Source: Boseongicola sp. SB0662_bin_57 (GTDB lineage Bacteria; Pseudomonadota; Alphaproteobacteria; Rhodobacterales; Rhodobacteraceae). Taken from it: a stretch of 40,529 nt of DNA. The notes below the pieces were generated by a model that did not search any database, was not told where the DNA came from, and was given only the letters and a program-made list of their open reading frames with translations. Positions 1 to 9,163 of this stretch are shown in pieces. The stretch is from contig VXPN01000263.1 in the NCBI GenBank assembly GCA_009839535.1, forward strand, positions 1 through 40,529. The letters run 5' to 3'. Within the stretch, counting starts at the first letter, position 1. Every line of letters begins with the position of its first letter. Made by a program: the position numbers and the translations under genes.

Positions 1-509
1 CGCTCGGGCTTCGCCCTCGCTCGCTGCTGTTGCACCTCAGAGTGGAACCCGGGTCTTATATTTGGGCTACCGCCCAGCGTCTCGAGGAACGCTGCGAAAT
101 CAGAATATGCAGTTGCGTGCTCGCTCGGAAGAAGAGCTTCGAAAACTTCGGCATTTCGCCCGTGACCGCCGAAAGTCACGTTGCCGCTGCCGACGAGGAG
201 GACTTGCTCTTCGTCTGAACACAAGTAGATGCACTTGGGATGGAAGACGCCACTCGGCAGGCCGACAGGAACAATTCTGTATTCCTGTCCGACACGCATG
301 GAACGACGCTCTAGGAGTGAAGAACGATATCCCTGGGCATCACAAACGAGCCAAATGTCATCGCACCCTTGCTGCAAGAGCGGGCGCAAGACTTCTGATT
401 CAAAGTAGCTCAGGCTGAGAGCATATGTCGTGAAGAGCGCATGCTTCCAGCGCGACGCTGACAGGAACTCAGCAATGGTTGGAGCATGTTCTTCTTCTTG
501 GGAACTCAT
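1..509 (-). CDS. PLD/HKD-superfamily nuclease-domain protein, N-terminal part only (gene runs off the left edge)
   Basis: Absent from the ORF track because there is no stop inside the window. The minus-strand ATG at 509-507 has AAGGA about 8 nt upstream. My translation MSSQEEEHAPTIAEFLSASRWKHALFTTYALSLSYFESEVLRPLL...SGVFHPKCIYLCSDEEQVLLVGSGNVTFGGHGRN stays open to position 1. HPK...GSGN matches the HxK...GSxN (HKD) signature of PLD-family nucleases. Confidence 0.6.
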   Translation of the reverse strand, partial: MSSQEEEHAPTIAEFLSASRWKHALFTTYALSLSYFESEVLRPLLQQGCDDIWLVCDAQGYRSSLLERRSMRVGQEYRIVPVGLPSGVFHPKCIYLCSDEEQVLLVGSGNVTFGGHGRNAEVFEALLPSEHATAYSDFAAFLETLGGSPNIRPGFHSEVQQQRARAKPE

Positions 510-1781
510 CTGCCATATCCTTAGCGTGCCTTCGATCAAGCGCAATGGCGGAGCAAAATCCTTCCACGGGCAACCAAGGCGCAGGTCACTTTCGGGTTTG
601 ACGAGAGCTTCGCAACCGGCAAGGCAAACCCGTCAACCTTGTTGACCCAAAGGGAGAGTACCGCAATGTGTGGGACAGTTGTCGAGTCTGGTCCGTGATG
701 GCACGATCGGGTCATGTCCGCGTCACAGGACATCATGCAGTTGAAGGTTCACCTCTAGGGTATCACCCCGATGATCAGGAGGAGCATACAGGTGCCGCCA
801 TCTACGACCTTGCACGAGTTGCATGGCATTCTTCAGGTGGCGATTGGCTGGGAGAGGGTTCGAAACCCGGGTTGGCTGCAGCAATTTTTGGTGAACAAGA
901 CAGAGCGGAGACAAGACCAGTCAATCAAGTGACCCCGCAGATTTTGGTTGCGCTCTTTCCGAGCATGTCGCCATCACATGCCAATGCCTTGCACAGGATG
1001 GAGGGCGCTTCCGCACGGCACTGGCCCTCGCGAACAGCTTGAGGTGGAAGCTTCTATTCCGGCAACTTGGCAAATCCCCGCTTATCCACAGACACTTTCA
1101 ATTTCGGCCATGGCGTTCAAGGCAACGCCGCCGAAGACCACTCGCTTCAGAGTAGCTCCCAAGAATGTTGACAGCGATGCTGTCCGCCACTCGGACGGCG
1201 GAGCCCCGCACCTATGCTGCATCAGGTGAGCGCAAAGTGCGGTCTTTTCCAGCTGCCGGAGAACAAAGAGTTTCCCGATCATCTGCAGGCTCGCGCCGAG
1301 GACAGGGGCCTCAAGAGCCAAAGCTGATGCCGGGCACGGATGCAACGCCGTCGCCGGGACCGCGATTCCACAGCAACGAAGCAAGCGACTGCCGCGCTTC
1401 GCCAAAGGTTGCAGGAAGGCGAGACTTCAGCGATTCGTCTCGCCTTTGCTCTGACCGTCCCAGGTGTTCGGTTCCCGCGGCGCCGGCCTGGCAGAAGTCG
1501 CCAGCCTAGTGGGACAGCGGCTCCACACCCGCCTCGACGCCAGGCACATGCCTCGCGCCCAATCCGATCGCATGCGATTTAGCAGCGCGGCTGCCAGGAA
1601 TTGCTGCACTGCTTGCGGTCTGCATTGCACACGAACCGCTAGTTTGCCATATTGATGTGCACACCGATGTTGTCTTCGAAGGTAACATGCAAACGCTTCA
1701 CACTCGTCTGATCGCAAACCAGACCTGATCCCAACTTACCAAACGACGAACCATGACCCTTTGCTTCCGGAACTCCTAGAC

Positions 1782-2396
1782 ATGACTGCATCACTCGGTT
1801 ACGACCCAAGTCACCCCCTTCCGGATCCAGTGGCCATGCCTGATGCGGCTACCGCTCGGAAATTTGCACTTGGAACGCGTTCACGCCATCTTCGGAATGT
1901 TGAAAGTGATTTCTTTCAAGTTCCCCAAAGCTCCAACCAACCCAAGCCACCCCGACAGGTTTCTCACGCGGCAGTTCGTATCCTGGATCCCATAGACGCA
2001 TTTGCCCGCCAACTTGAAGAGCGGCTCGCAAGCCTAATGGAGACTGTCAATGCATATGATGACCGCATCTCCGCCTTGGAAGAGCAGGCCGCGGTTGAAG
2101 GGTACTTTCTAAACTCTCGATCAAGAGAGACCTTTCTGGAATTCTTCATAAGCAGCCCTTTGACAAAACTCGGCCACCTTTTTCTTCTGGAAAGCGGCAA
2201 CCTGCGTGCCGTTTGGAAAGGTGACGACAAGTCGCACGTCGGGCTCCAGTTCTTGGACAACGGCCTCATACAATATGTCTTGTTTAGGCAGCGACTTGCT
2301 GACGGTCCGGTATCAAGAGCGTACGGGCGAGATACGCCACGCGGCGTCCTCGCACAAATCTCCGCGCTCCAATTGGACCAAGCAGTGTTTCGGTGA
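1782..2396 (+). CDS. Hypothetical protein (about 204 aa), first gene of an overlapping pair
   Basis: ORF track 1761-2396, where the TTG at 1761 gives the longest form and the first ATG is at 1782 (MTASLGYD...). Ordinary amino-acid composition with a predicted coiled stretch (LEERLASLMETVNAYDDRISALEEQ). Its TGA overlaps the GTG of the next ORF. I recognise no family. Confidence 0.45.
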   Translation: MTASLGYDPSHPLPDPVAMPDAATARKFALGTRSRHLRNVESDFFQVPQSSNQPKPPRQVSHAAVRILDPIDAFARQLEERLASLMETVNAYDDRISALEEQAAVEGYFLNSRSRETFLEFFISSPLTKLGHLFLLESGNLRAVWKGDDKSHVGLQFLDNGLIQYVLFRQRLADGPVSRAYGRDTPRGVLAQISALQLDQAVFR

Positions 2397-2854
2397 GCGC
2401 CGGGGAAGTACCCGAAGCGCATCATGTAGTGCGATACGTCAAACCATCGTTGATTGACGAAGAGGCAGTGGATGGCAGTGCATTCGTGCTGCGCGAGTCT
2501 GAATCCGGTCTTTCTGTGAACTGGCTGGAATTCTTCGAAGACAACGACTGCCCTGATCCGGTTGCTGCAATCCGCGATCTCGCCAGAATATCCTTGGCAT
2601 CAACCGGCCACTTCGCGAAGCTCAGCGTTGGCCAGACAAAGGAACATGTACCCGTCGCCGCTGCTGACGTTGGCATTCCTCTTGAGCTGGCCGTTGTTCA
2701 GGCTCCCTTGCCCCGAGAGGCTGACTTTGAGGCTGACCCGTCTCATGCGGAAATTCTCGGTCTTCCTGATCGCGACGAAGATGCCGCAATGGTGGTAGGT
2801 GACTTGATTGCTGAGTGCATCTTGCTCCCGCTCATTCCGGCGAAGGCGACCTAG
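2393..2854 (+). CDS. Hypothetical protein (153 aa), translationally coupled to the upstream ORF
   Basis: GTG at 2393 overlaps the upstream stop (GTGA at 2393-2396). The sequence HHVVRYVKPSLIDEEAVDGSAFVLRESESGLSVNWLEFFED... looks protein-like, but no catalytic motif is recognised. It converges on the giant minus-strand gene. Confidence 0.45.
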   Translation: MSAGEVPEAHHVVRYVKPSLIDEEAVDGSAFVLRESESGLSVNWLEFFEDNDCPDPVAAIRDLARISLASTGHFAKLSVGQTKEHVPVAAADVGIPLELAVVQAPLPREADFEADPSHAEILGLPDRDEDAAMVVGDLIAECILLPLIPAKAT

Positions 2855-2925
2855 GCCGATCCAAGACCTCATATGCCGACCCAATCCGCATCCAGCGCAT
2901 TTCTTGCGCCATTCAAAAGCGGGTA

Positions 2926-5900
2926 TCACGCCAAACCTACCAGTGTCGCTGATCTTGCCCGCGCATGAAACCAACGCTTCACAGGCAAGATGGTTCCGAT
3001 TTCCTCCAGATGATCCAAGAAAGCATATAACGACTGATTAGGATGCGAAGGCAGCATGTCAACGACTTCCACCAGCTTTTTGTCAAGCCAGGAATACCAC
3101 TCATGTTCCTCCTCTAAGGCCGCTGCCGCCTGCAACAGGATTCGAGGAATGACCTCCACCTCCTTCTCAGTCACCAGCGACGAGATTCTCACCACTCCGT
3201 CACCAATACTTGAACAAAGTGAAGCACTTCGATTTGCTGCTGCCACGACACTCGCGCGTTCTAGGGTCTGAAGCGCTCGAGAGGTTTCCTTGACGTCCAT
3301 TTCTGGCGCTGCGTCACACGCACTCTCGACCGCCAGTCTTGCCAGTTCGAGTTGTCGTTCATTCAAGCAATGCAACTGGGAGAGAGTGACTAATGGCAGC
3401 ACTATATCGCCGTCCTTTGCTTGGGCAAGTTCCTCAATTTGCTCATTCACGTGGTCAGGCGGCGCACGGTCAGGTCGCCTGTCACCTTCCAGCGGACCAG
3501 GAAACCACAATGCCAGTTTAAGGCCGGACTTCTCAAGTTCCTCCAACTTCCCGTCGATCGATCCTGACGCTGGCACTTCTCGCCCGTTCTGCTCATGGCG
3601 TCTTCTCAAGGCCTCAAGCCGGCCAAGCACTTCATGGCGCAATCTATCCGAAGTCATTTGCGCCGCAAAAAGCATCGGCTCCACTCTTGCGTCAACGAGG
3701 CCCGCGTATGCCCCTGCTGCCGACATGTACTGACCAGCCCATTTTTCCAAGCTTCCCAGGTCAACGGTGTATCGCGACCTCAACATTGTTTCGACAACAT
3801 AGCCGGCCTGCATCCACGCCCCGAGCTGTTTCCAGTACCCCGGCTTCGTGGCGCCATCCTTCAGCAGGCCAATGCGGTTGAGGACAAAGTTCCCAACTAT
3901 CTGCAGCAGCCCGTATACGTCCCTTTCCTCATCGAACCCAAAATTTTCGTCCAGAAGTTGTTCCACGGCCTTGGATGCAAAATCCCGAAAGCGGTGATCG
4001 TGTTGCCTGTATAGAGCCACGTCCAGCGCACCAAGCCGGCTGAACGGATTCAATTCGGAATTCGCGGCTCTCAGTGCCGACCAAACATCGTCATCACTCT
4101 CATCGGCCAACCACTGGCCCGGCGAAAGTTCGTCGTGCACCGCTCCGAGGCAGCAAATGTGCAGCCCGCCTTCCAGTTCTCGGCCAAGGAGCGAGCACCT
4201 GTGCTGTGCAAGGGTATCGCTCACAAATGAATTCGCTGTCTGGTCGACCGGCGGCGGCGCCACGAACCGCTCAAAATACTCCATGGATTCTGGAACAAAG
4301 TCGCTGGGGCCCACTTGCTTGCCACCTAGTATCTTGTCCGCGATGCTGGCCTGCGTTGCGGCAACACCGTTGAAGCTCTCTTCAAGGAGACGCGACACCG
4401 TACTGAATTCCGGGACTGCAGAGCCAATTTCCTCCCGGAGTTGATCTTTTGATTCGAACGTCGGACCTAGCCTGTCGGCAATTCTGTCAAATGCCGTCAA
4501 ACGAACTTCCGAACTTGGAGACAGAAGGCACAGATCGGCCATGTCAACTTCTTGTGTTGCTCTCTCGGCATCCAACCAGCTCAAACGGATCATCTGGCTC
4601 TTTCCATCATATGTCACTGCCATTTCAGTGTCTGCCAAGTCCAAGGCCGTTGCTTCGCCGCCTTCGACCAGCGCTGCGGTCGCCGCGCTGAACAGGTCTC
4701 GATCCACAATCTGGATGGTCGGCCCAATCGAAATAACACTCTCCGCGCTATAGCCACTTCTCTTGGCGAACTCTGGGTCGTCTCTGAACATCAATGCCCG
4801 GGCCTTCTCCGGGAGAAGCTCCAGGATCAAATTGCCGTATGCAGCTTGATTAGTGTCGTGATCCGCGATTGCCTCAATGGCCTTTCTCGAATTCAACAAG
4901 GCAGCGTGGATCCTGTCTGAATTCGCGGGCCACAGATGCTGCAAAACGGTTTGCTCTATCCAATTTGCATAGTCATCTTTGCGTGCCGTAGCTATGCTTG
5001 AGAGTGGAAGCAGAACACTTCCAACGCGTAGCGAAACGACTTCACCAACCAATCGTCCGTACTCATCGAAATCCAATGCCTGGTGACCCGGGACTATGGT
5101 TTCCATCAGATTCCGCCAAATCCAGCTCGTATGGGCCACTACCGCCTCCGACGCCAGATCTGTGTCATGCCACATCTCGGAAATGGCCGCAGTGCACGCT
5201 GCCCTTGAGTTGGACACCAACGCAAACGCCTGATGCCAATTCGTCAATGCTAGCGAGTCACCTAGTGCTGTGGATTGCCGGAGCACTCGCAATTCGACAC
5301 TTTCAACCGTTTGTCCCTCCCTCACTCCGGTAGCACGAAGCCAATGGCATATCTCCTCTGCCTCCAAGGGGACAAATGCAAACCCGGCAGCTCGCAACCT
5401 GTGCCGAACACGGATGTAGTCTTCCTGCGGCATAAGATCGAACTTCATCAAGTGCTTGATGACATCCAGAACAGTCAAAATTGGCTTTGCCTGGTCATTC
5501 GATCCAATGAAGTGCGAGTGACTGTTCAAGAACCGGTCATCGATGCACAGCGCATCACACTGTGAGCCACCCCCCAAAAGCGACGCCGATGCCTTGAAGC
5601 GAAATGATCTCTCTGCATCCTTGAGAATCTGTGCAGCCGGCTGCGGCAAAAACGACGCCGTTCCCTCTTCGAGACGAGACGTGATCGTGCGCCTGATGGA
5701 CTCAATGCCGGACACAACTCTGTCCTCGGACTCCTCTTCATCGGCCAAAGCCCGCATGTCCGCAAAAGCACTGTCACGAATAAGAACTTTACCGAGAGCC
5801 GCAACGATCGGCTGAAGAACGTGTGCGGCGTTAAGGTAGTCCAACACGACATCGTCGAAACAAAACTGCCTTGTTGCCAAGTCGCTCGGTATGCCGGAAT

Positions 5901-8900
5901 CCTCCGTATCACCGCAATTTCTCAAGACGGAACAAATGCGCCCGTAAGCGTCTGCCTCGATTCTTCCATCTTCCTTCAGCCAGCTGCAAAGGGACGTCAG
6001 TGAGATGGTAACGTCCTCATATTCGCCCAGGTTGGCTTCCCTCTGCATCAGTGATCCAACCGCATAGATCGGGCGCGTGCACACGGCCATGGCTTTTTCG
6101 TTTCTTGCCCACTGCAAGACTTCAGCGGTCGCTCTTCCAGTCTCTTCAACTAGCCATCTCGGCGGCGCGCCCTCCAGATTCAAAGTTCTGATCTGTCTCT
6201 GGTCGTGTAGCCGCAAAACCTGTTTTGCCCCGGCAATTCGGGATGGTTGGTGGAAATGCGCCTCAGCCTTCTCCCGAAACAGGTGTTCAAAGATGTCGGG
6301 GGAGAACTTGACGTGACGAAAGACGTCCAACGACGCATCCAAAATGCCAAGATGATGCAAGACCAAGACCGAGGTCACGTCAACTCCCACTGTCCAGTCG
6401 TCCTCGATCTCGGTATCCGGTCGGCCAGCCGCTATGATTGGCAGTGCCACTCGATGCCGACCGTCGGCTTCTTTTGCGTTTTTGCTGGAAAGGTCCAGAA
6501 GCAACCGACTCAGCGAAACGCCGAACTTGTCCGCCATCATGCCGATGGGTATCTCCCCTTGCGTCCACTTTCGGTCTACCTCAACGAGGTGCTTGCGACG
6601 CTTGGGCAGCCAATCTTCAACGACGTAGCGGAGCGACATGCTCCGGACCGGCCCTTCGTCATCCGTAGACAGCTCCGCTGCTCGCAAAAGCCACTGCGGA
6701 TCCGCCTCCTCCTCGTGGCCAAGTCGAAAAAACTGCCAGCATACCGCGGCCAGAACCGCGGCGTCATCAGGCGCCCTATCCGCCGCAAGCCTCAACAGTT
6801 GCAATGCCCTTTCTCTTGATTGGCTCTCCTGTCCTACAAGACTTGCCAACGAAACCAGTTCGAATGCGTCAAGTTGTTCCCGAAGCCCCCATGCTGCGGT
6901 CACCATCCCCCCAAGGACCGCCCAATTTCCGGAGGCGATTGCGACCTTCACACCAATGAGCAGATTTTCCGTCGTTAGTCTCTTTTGCTTCGACCGTTCA
7001 TTCGCTTTCTCCGCTTCCACGTATTTCCCGGCGTGAAACAGCGCAATGCTCTTTGCGTTGAGTAGCGCTTCACTGTGATTCAAGAGATCCCCGCATTCAT
7101 CCAGAAAGGACAAAATACGTTCGTGATCTAGAAATGAAGGTCCTGAATAGGATGCAACGACATCAATAGCAATTTCTTCAGTCGGAAATCTTTGAAACAA
7201 TTCAAGGCAAAGCGGTCGTAGTGCCTCACGATCATTTCTTCTCTTGAGAAACTCTATCAGGTTCCGTAAGTCAATTATGCTATCAGTCTTTCCGTATTGC
7301 TCTTCCAGTTCATTTCGAATGTCTTGGCCCTCGTAGGCATCTATCATCATTTCAAGTCGCTTGAAGTGATGTTTGTCCAGTGAATCTCGATGTCGTTCCA
7401 GTGCGCGACGCGCATCGTGTAATGAATCTTCATCTGTGAGAATTGATTCAATGTAAGTTGATACAAATAGTGCAGGCGGAATTATGCTCTGTAGATGCTC
7501 TTCATTTTCTTCGAAGTATTTTTTGAACCGCTCCCGCCTCAATTTGTTCCTGTTGACAAAGAATTCTGCTACTCGTGCGCGCTCATCGAGTCCTCCGAGT
7601 TCGCGTCTCTTGTCCAGGTAAGCTTCCAGCGGCTTTCTGTCATAGTCTATCCCAAACGAGTGCACAAAAGGAACAAGTGCCACAGACGTTTCTGCATCTG
7701 CCATTTCTGCACCAACGCGTTCGCGTTCGGCATTTCGCTTGCCCGCATCGGGTTCCATTAGGCGCAGCCAGAGAGTCCAATCCGCCAAGTGGTTGAGCCA
7801 CTCTTTCCCTATCCGTCCTCGTAGAATCTGCTCGGCACGTCGGAAGCACTCCAGTGACCTGGCATGGTGGCCCGCTGCGGCGGCGCTCGAAATTGGCGCT
7901 ATGCCGAAAAACAAGGGAGGGCCATCAAGAACACGGTTCCTAAACTCGTCCGGAAGAAGAAGTGCCGCGTTTATTCTGCCCTCAGCAATTGCAAGCGCCG
8001 GAATTTCGTCCCACATTGGCTGACTGCCTGGCAAAGTGGCCGCTGCATCTTCCCATCTTCCGCAGCTTGCTGATGCATAGGCCCAATCGACCCATCCAGG
8101 ACCGGAAAAGAAATTCTCCTGGTCGACAACTCCTGATTGATCAAACCACTTCAGCGCTCGAAGCGCGCCTTTGGCCCGCATCAGGATTCCAAACCAGACT
8201 GACCTGGAATCCTGATCTCCTGCATCGCGAAGGTCACGTAGCGCCCCGTCTGCATCGCCTTCGGCCTCGCGAATGAGAGCGTCAATGATTGCCAAGTTTG
8301 GGCTCGGTTCACTCTTGGCGAGGCTCTCTCTTAGGTCTTTCGCGAATGCCAATGTCTCCATCCGCTCAGCACATAATCTTGCTGTCCACTGGAAGACATC
8401 CTGTTTCGAAGACTCATTGATTGTAGAAAGGTCGCCACCGTTCACGCGTTCAAACAATTGTAGAATTTTCTGTCTTGCTGTTTGAGACTCCAATGAACGA
8501 AGAGCCAGAATGTCTCGAAGTTCGTCTTCGGCGAATGGTGATAAAATCTGTTGAACTATTGGGAACTTCTCTGTGACTAGGTCAGCCAAAGAATTGACGT
8601 GCTTTTCTTCAAAATCGTCGAGACGAGAATTAAAGTCTCCATGCATTCTTTGGAACATTCCTGCCAATGGACGCTCTCTAGAAGACATTGAAGAAATATA
8701 TCCGGCAGCCAAGATGCCGGTCACAACGTCAATGGGACCCTTGGCACGGTTCGCTTGTTCTCCAGTATGTTCTGAGTACGCTAATGCAAGTCGCTTTCTT
8801 GCTTCAGCGTTGCTGGAAGTCGATCCCATTATTTGATCAGTCGCAAGAGTTTTGAAATCCTCTTCAACGGCATTGTTTCTGATCCATTCCTTAACCGCGT

Positions 8901-9150
8901 GAACCTTAAGAAAGTCTGGTGCGATGTACTTATGTTCAATGGTGTTCAAGAGCCCTTGCCACCATGCATCCGTTATTTGTCCGTCTCTCAATCTGCCATA
9001 CGTATCCCGTAAGACATGTTGTAGAAGATCAGAATTGTAGCCTTTTCGACCCGCCGATCTTTCATTGTGAAGGCGTACAGCATGCGGTATCGTCGCGCTG
9101 AACGCCGATCGCAATGCAGCGGTGAATAGGGAAGATACTGCATCTGACAT
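2926..9150 (-). CDS. Giant uncharacterised protein (2074 aa): mostly alpha-helical/TPR-like with a central PIN-like acidic segment and no NTPase motif
   Basis: ORF track 2926-9204. I prefer the ATG at 9150 (MSDAVSSLF...), which lies 13 nt downstream of the res stop (TGA 9166-9164); the longer form would overlap res. There is no GxxxxGK[ST] anywhere. The mid-protein segment WTVGVDVTSVLVLHHLGILD...FSPDIFEHLF...ALCIDDRFLN resembles the conserved acidic positions of PIN-like nucleases (tentative). Confidence 0.75.
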   Translation of the reverse strand: MSDAVSSLFTAALRSAFSATIPHAVRLHNERSAGRKGYNSDLLQHVLRDTYGRLRDGQITDAWWQGLLNTIEHKYIAPDFLKVHAVKEWIRNNAVEEDFKTLATDQIMGSTSSNAEARKRLALAYSEHTGEQANRAKGPIDVVTGILAAGYISSMSSRERPLAGMFQRMHGDFNSRLDDFEEKHVNSLADLVTEKFPIVQQILSPFAEDELRDILALRSLESQTARQKILQLFERVNGGDLSTINESSKQDVFQWTARLCAERMETLAFAKDLRESLAKSEPSPNLAIIDALIREAEGDADGALRDLRDAGDQDSRSVWFGILMRAKGALRALKWFDQSGVVDQENFFSGPGWVDWAYASASCGRWEDAAATLPGSQPMWDEIPALAIAEGRINAALLLPDEFRNRVLDGPPLFFGIAPISSAAAAGHHARSLECFRRAEQILRGRIGKEWLNHLADWTLWLRLMEPDAGKRNAERERVGAEMADAETSVALVPFVHSFGIDYDRKPLEAYLDKRRELGGLDERARVAEFFVNRNKLRRERFKKYFEENEEHLQSIIPPALFVSTYIESILTDEDSLHDARRALERHRDSLDKHHFKRLEMMIDAYEGQDIRNELEEQYGKTDSIIDLRNLIEFLKRRNDREALRPLCLELFQRFPTEEIAIDVVASYSGPSFLDHERILSFLDECGDLLNHSEALLNAKSIALFHAGKYVEAEKANERSKQKRLTTENLLIGVKVAIASGNWAVLGGMVTAAWGLREQLDAFELVSLASLVGQESQSRERALQLLRLAADRAPDDAAVLAAVCWQFFRLGHEEEADPQWLLRAAELSTDDEGPVRSMSLRYVVEDWLPKRRKHLVEVDRKWTQGEIPIGMMADKFGVSLSRLLLDLSSKNAKEADGRHRVALPIIAAGRPDTEIEDDWTVGVDVTSVLVLHHLGILDASLDVFRHVKFSPDIFEHLFREKAEAHFHQPSRIAGAKQVLRLHDQRQIRTLNLEGAPPRWLVEETGRATAEVLQWARNEKAMAVCTRPIYAVGSLMQREANLGEYEDVTISLTSLCSWLKEDGRIEADAYGRICSVLRNCGDTEDSGIPSDLATRQFCFDDVVLDYLNAAHVLQPIVAALGKVLIRDSAFADMRALADEEESEDRVVSGIESIRRTITSRLEEGTASFLPQPAAQILKDAERSFRFKASASLLGGGSQCDALCIDDRFLNSHSHFIGSNDQAKPILTVLDVIKHLMKFDLMPQEDYIRVRHRLRAAGFAFVPLEAEEICHWLRATGVREGQTVESVELRVLRQSTALGDSLALTNWHQAFALVSNSRAACTAAISEMWHDTDLASEAVVAHTSWIWRNLMETIVPGHQALDFDEYGRLVGEVVSLRVGSVLLPLSSIATARKDDYANWIEQTVLQHLWPANSDRIHAALLNSRKAIEAIADHDTNQAAYGNLILELLPEKARALMFRDDPEFAKRSGYSAESVISIGPTIQIVDRDLFSAATAALVEGGEATALDLADTEMAVTYDGKSQMIRLSWLDAERATQEVDMADLCLLSPSSEVRLTAFDRIADRLGPTFESKDQLREEIGSAVPEFSTVSRLLEESFNGVAATQASIADKILGGKQVGPSDFVPESMEYFERFVAPPPVDQTANSFVSDTLAQHRCSLLGRELEGGLHICCLGAVHDELSPGQWLADESDDDVWSALRAANSELNPFSRLGALDVALYRQHDHRFRDFASKAVEQLLDENFGFDEERDVYGLLQIVGNFVLNRIGLLKDGATKPGYWKQLGAWMQAGYVVETMLRSRYTVDLGSLEKWAGQYMSAAGAYAGLVDARVEPMLFAAQMTSDRLRHEVLGRLEALRRRHEQNGREVPASGSIDGKLEELEKSGLKLALWFPGPLEGDRRPDRAPPDHVNEQIEELAQAKDGDIVLPLVTLSQLHCLNERQLELARLAVESACDAAPEMDVKETSRALQTLERASVVAAANRSASLCSSIGDGVVRISSLVTEKEVEVIPRILLQAAAALEEEHEWYSWLDKKLVEVVDMLPSHPNQSLYAFLDHLEEIGTILPVKRWFHARARSATLVGLA

Positions 9151-9163
9151 TTCTATCGACCCA

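Noticed and set aside
2895-2909. Hairpin GCGCA-tttct-TGCGC between the convergent 153-aa and giant genes as a bidirectional terminator
   Set aside because: It has only a 5-bp stem and no flanking U-run on either strand, which is too weak to annotate.
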